Assembly (NCBI GenBank): GCA_022563885.1
Contig: JADFMM010000002.1
Location: forward strand, 6,786 to 70,785
Source of the DNA: Planctomycetota bacterium
GTDB taxonomy: Bacteria > Planctomycetota > Phycisphaerae > Sedimentisphaerales > Anaerobacaceae
DNA: 64,000 nt
Direction: 5' to 3'
The notes below the pieces were generated by a model. It was not told the DNA's origin and did no database searches. It saw only the letters and a program-made list of their open reading frames with translations. The first letter of the stretch is position 1, and each line of letters begins with the position of its first letter. This document shows positions 63,967 through 64,000 of this stretch, piece after piece. The translations under genes were made by a program, and so were the position numbers.

Positions 63967-64000
63967 CTCTGTGATGCGGCGGTTAATGGTACCGGAAATC

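Noticed and set aside
1-64000. Searched by eye for tRNA/rRNA genes, transposase/integrase/phage genes, CRISPR arrays, and restriction-modification or known defence-system genes.
   Set aside because: None was recognised. I saw no T-loop GGTTCGA(A/G)TCC-type motif and no DDE, tyrosine-recombinase, Cas or methyltransferase-endonuclease signatures among the ORF translations. tRNAscan-SE, Infernal and DefenseFinder runs would be the decisive checks.

Overview
High-GC (upper-50s % by eye), gene-dense chromosomal segment. Its gene content points to a Planctomycetota-type genome: a DUF1501/DUF1553 pair, a DUF1559 H-X9-DG pseudopilin, a giant CotH/lamin-tail secreted protein, and a MoxR-DUF58-BatA supercluster. 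I support about 50 CDS, one multiply disrupted pseudogene, one clear intrinsic terminator, four sigma70-like promoter candidates and several short repeats and palindromes. I recognised no rRNA, tRNA, CRISPR array, transposase, integrase or prophage gene. Layout: 0-25 kb is mostly housekeeping (partial ABC ATPase, rplM-rpsI, argC-argJ, clpX, hisA, dsbD, ftsH, LptE-/BamD-like lipoproteins, hisS, rsmD, cca, a 786-aa GT4 fusion, Rrf2 regulator, folD, pyrD). 25-35 kb is a planctomycete-style secreted/periplasmic block (DUF1501, DUF1553, PQQ-like propeller, DUF1559, CotH-LTD). 35.2-49.8 kb is a 14.7-kb, eight-gene, almost fully translationally coupled minus-strand operon: TPR/MA-metallopeptidase, DUF4159, MoxR, DUF58, BatA-vWA, a 1223-aa coiled-coil/low-complexity membrane protein, a vWA/GATase-like membrane protein, and a clan-CD (legumain-like) peptidase. 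50-64 kb holds a decayed Gfo/Idh/MocA pseudogene, a CNNM/CorC transporter, 1-Cys peroxiredoxin, creatininase-family protein, panB, an NHL propeller, a coiled-coil HTH protein, a degenerate-NTase/TPM/LemA/metallophosphoesterase cluster, and an ECF sigma factor with a fused zinc-finger anti-sigma-like tail. Best candidates for something undescribed: (1) the MoxR/vWA operon bracketed by two different peptidase folds; (2) the NTase-like/TPM/LemA/phosphoesterase cluster; (3) the self-contained ECF sigma with its co-transcribed membrane partner; (4) a 44-bp element present twice, one copy split by a hairpin-forming 95-nt insert with a 7-bp junction duplication; (5) an 8 x 8-bp tandem array inside the MoxR operon. 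All functional calls come from motif recognition by eye, and no database search was possible.
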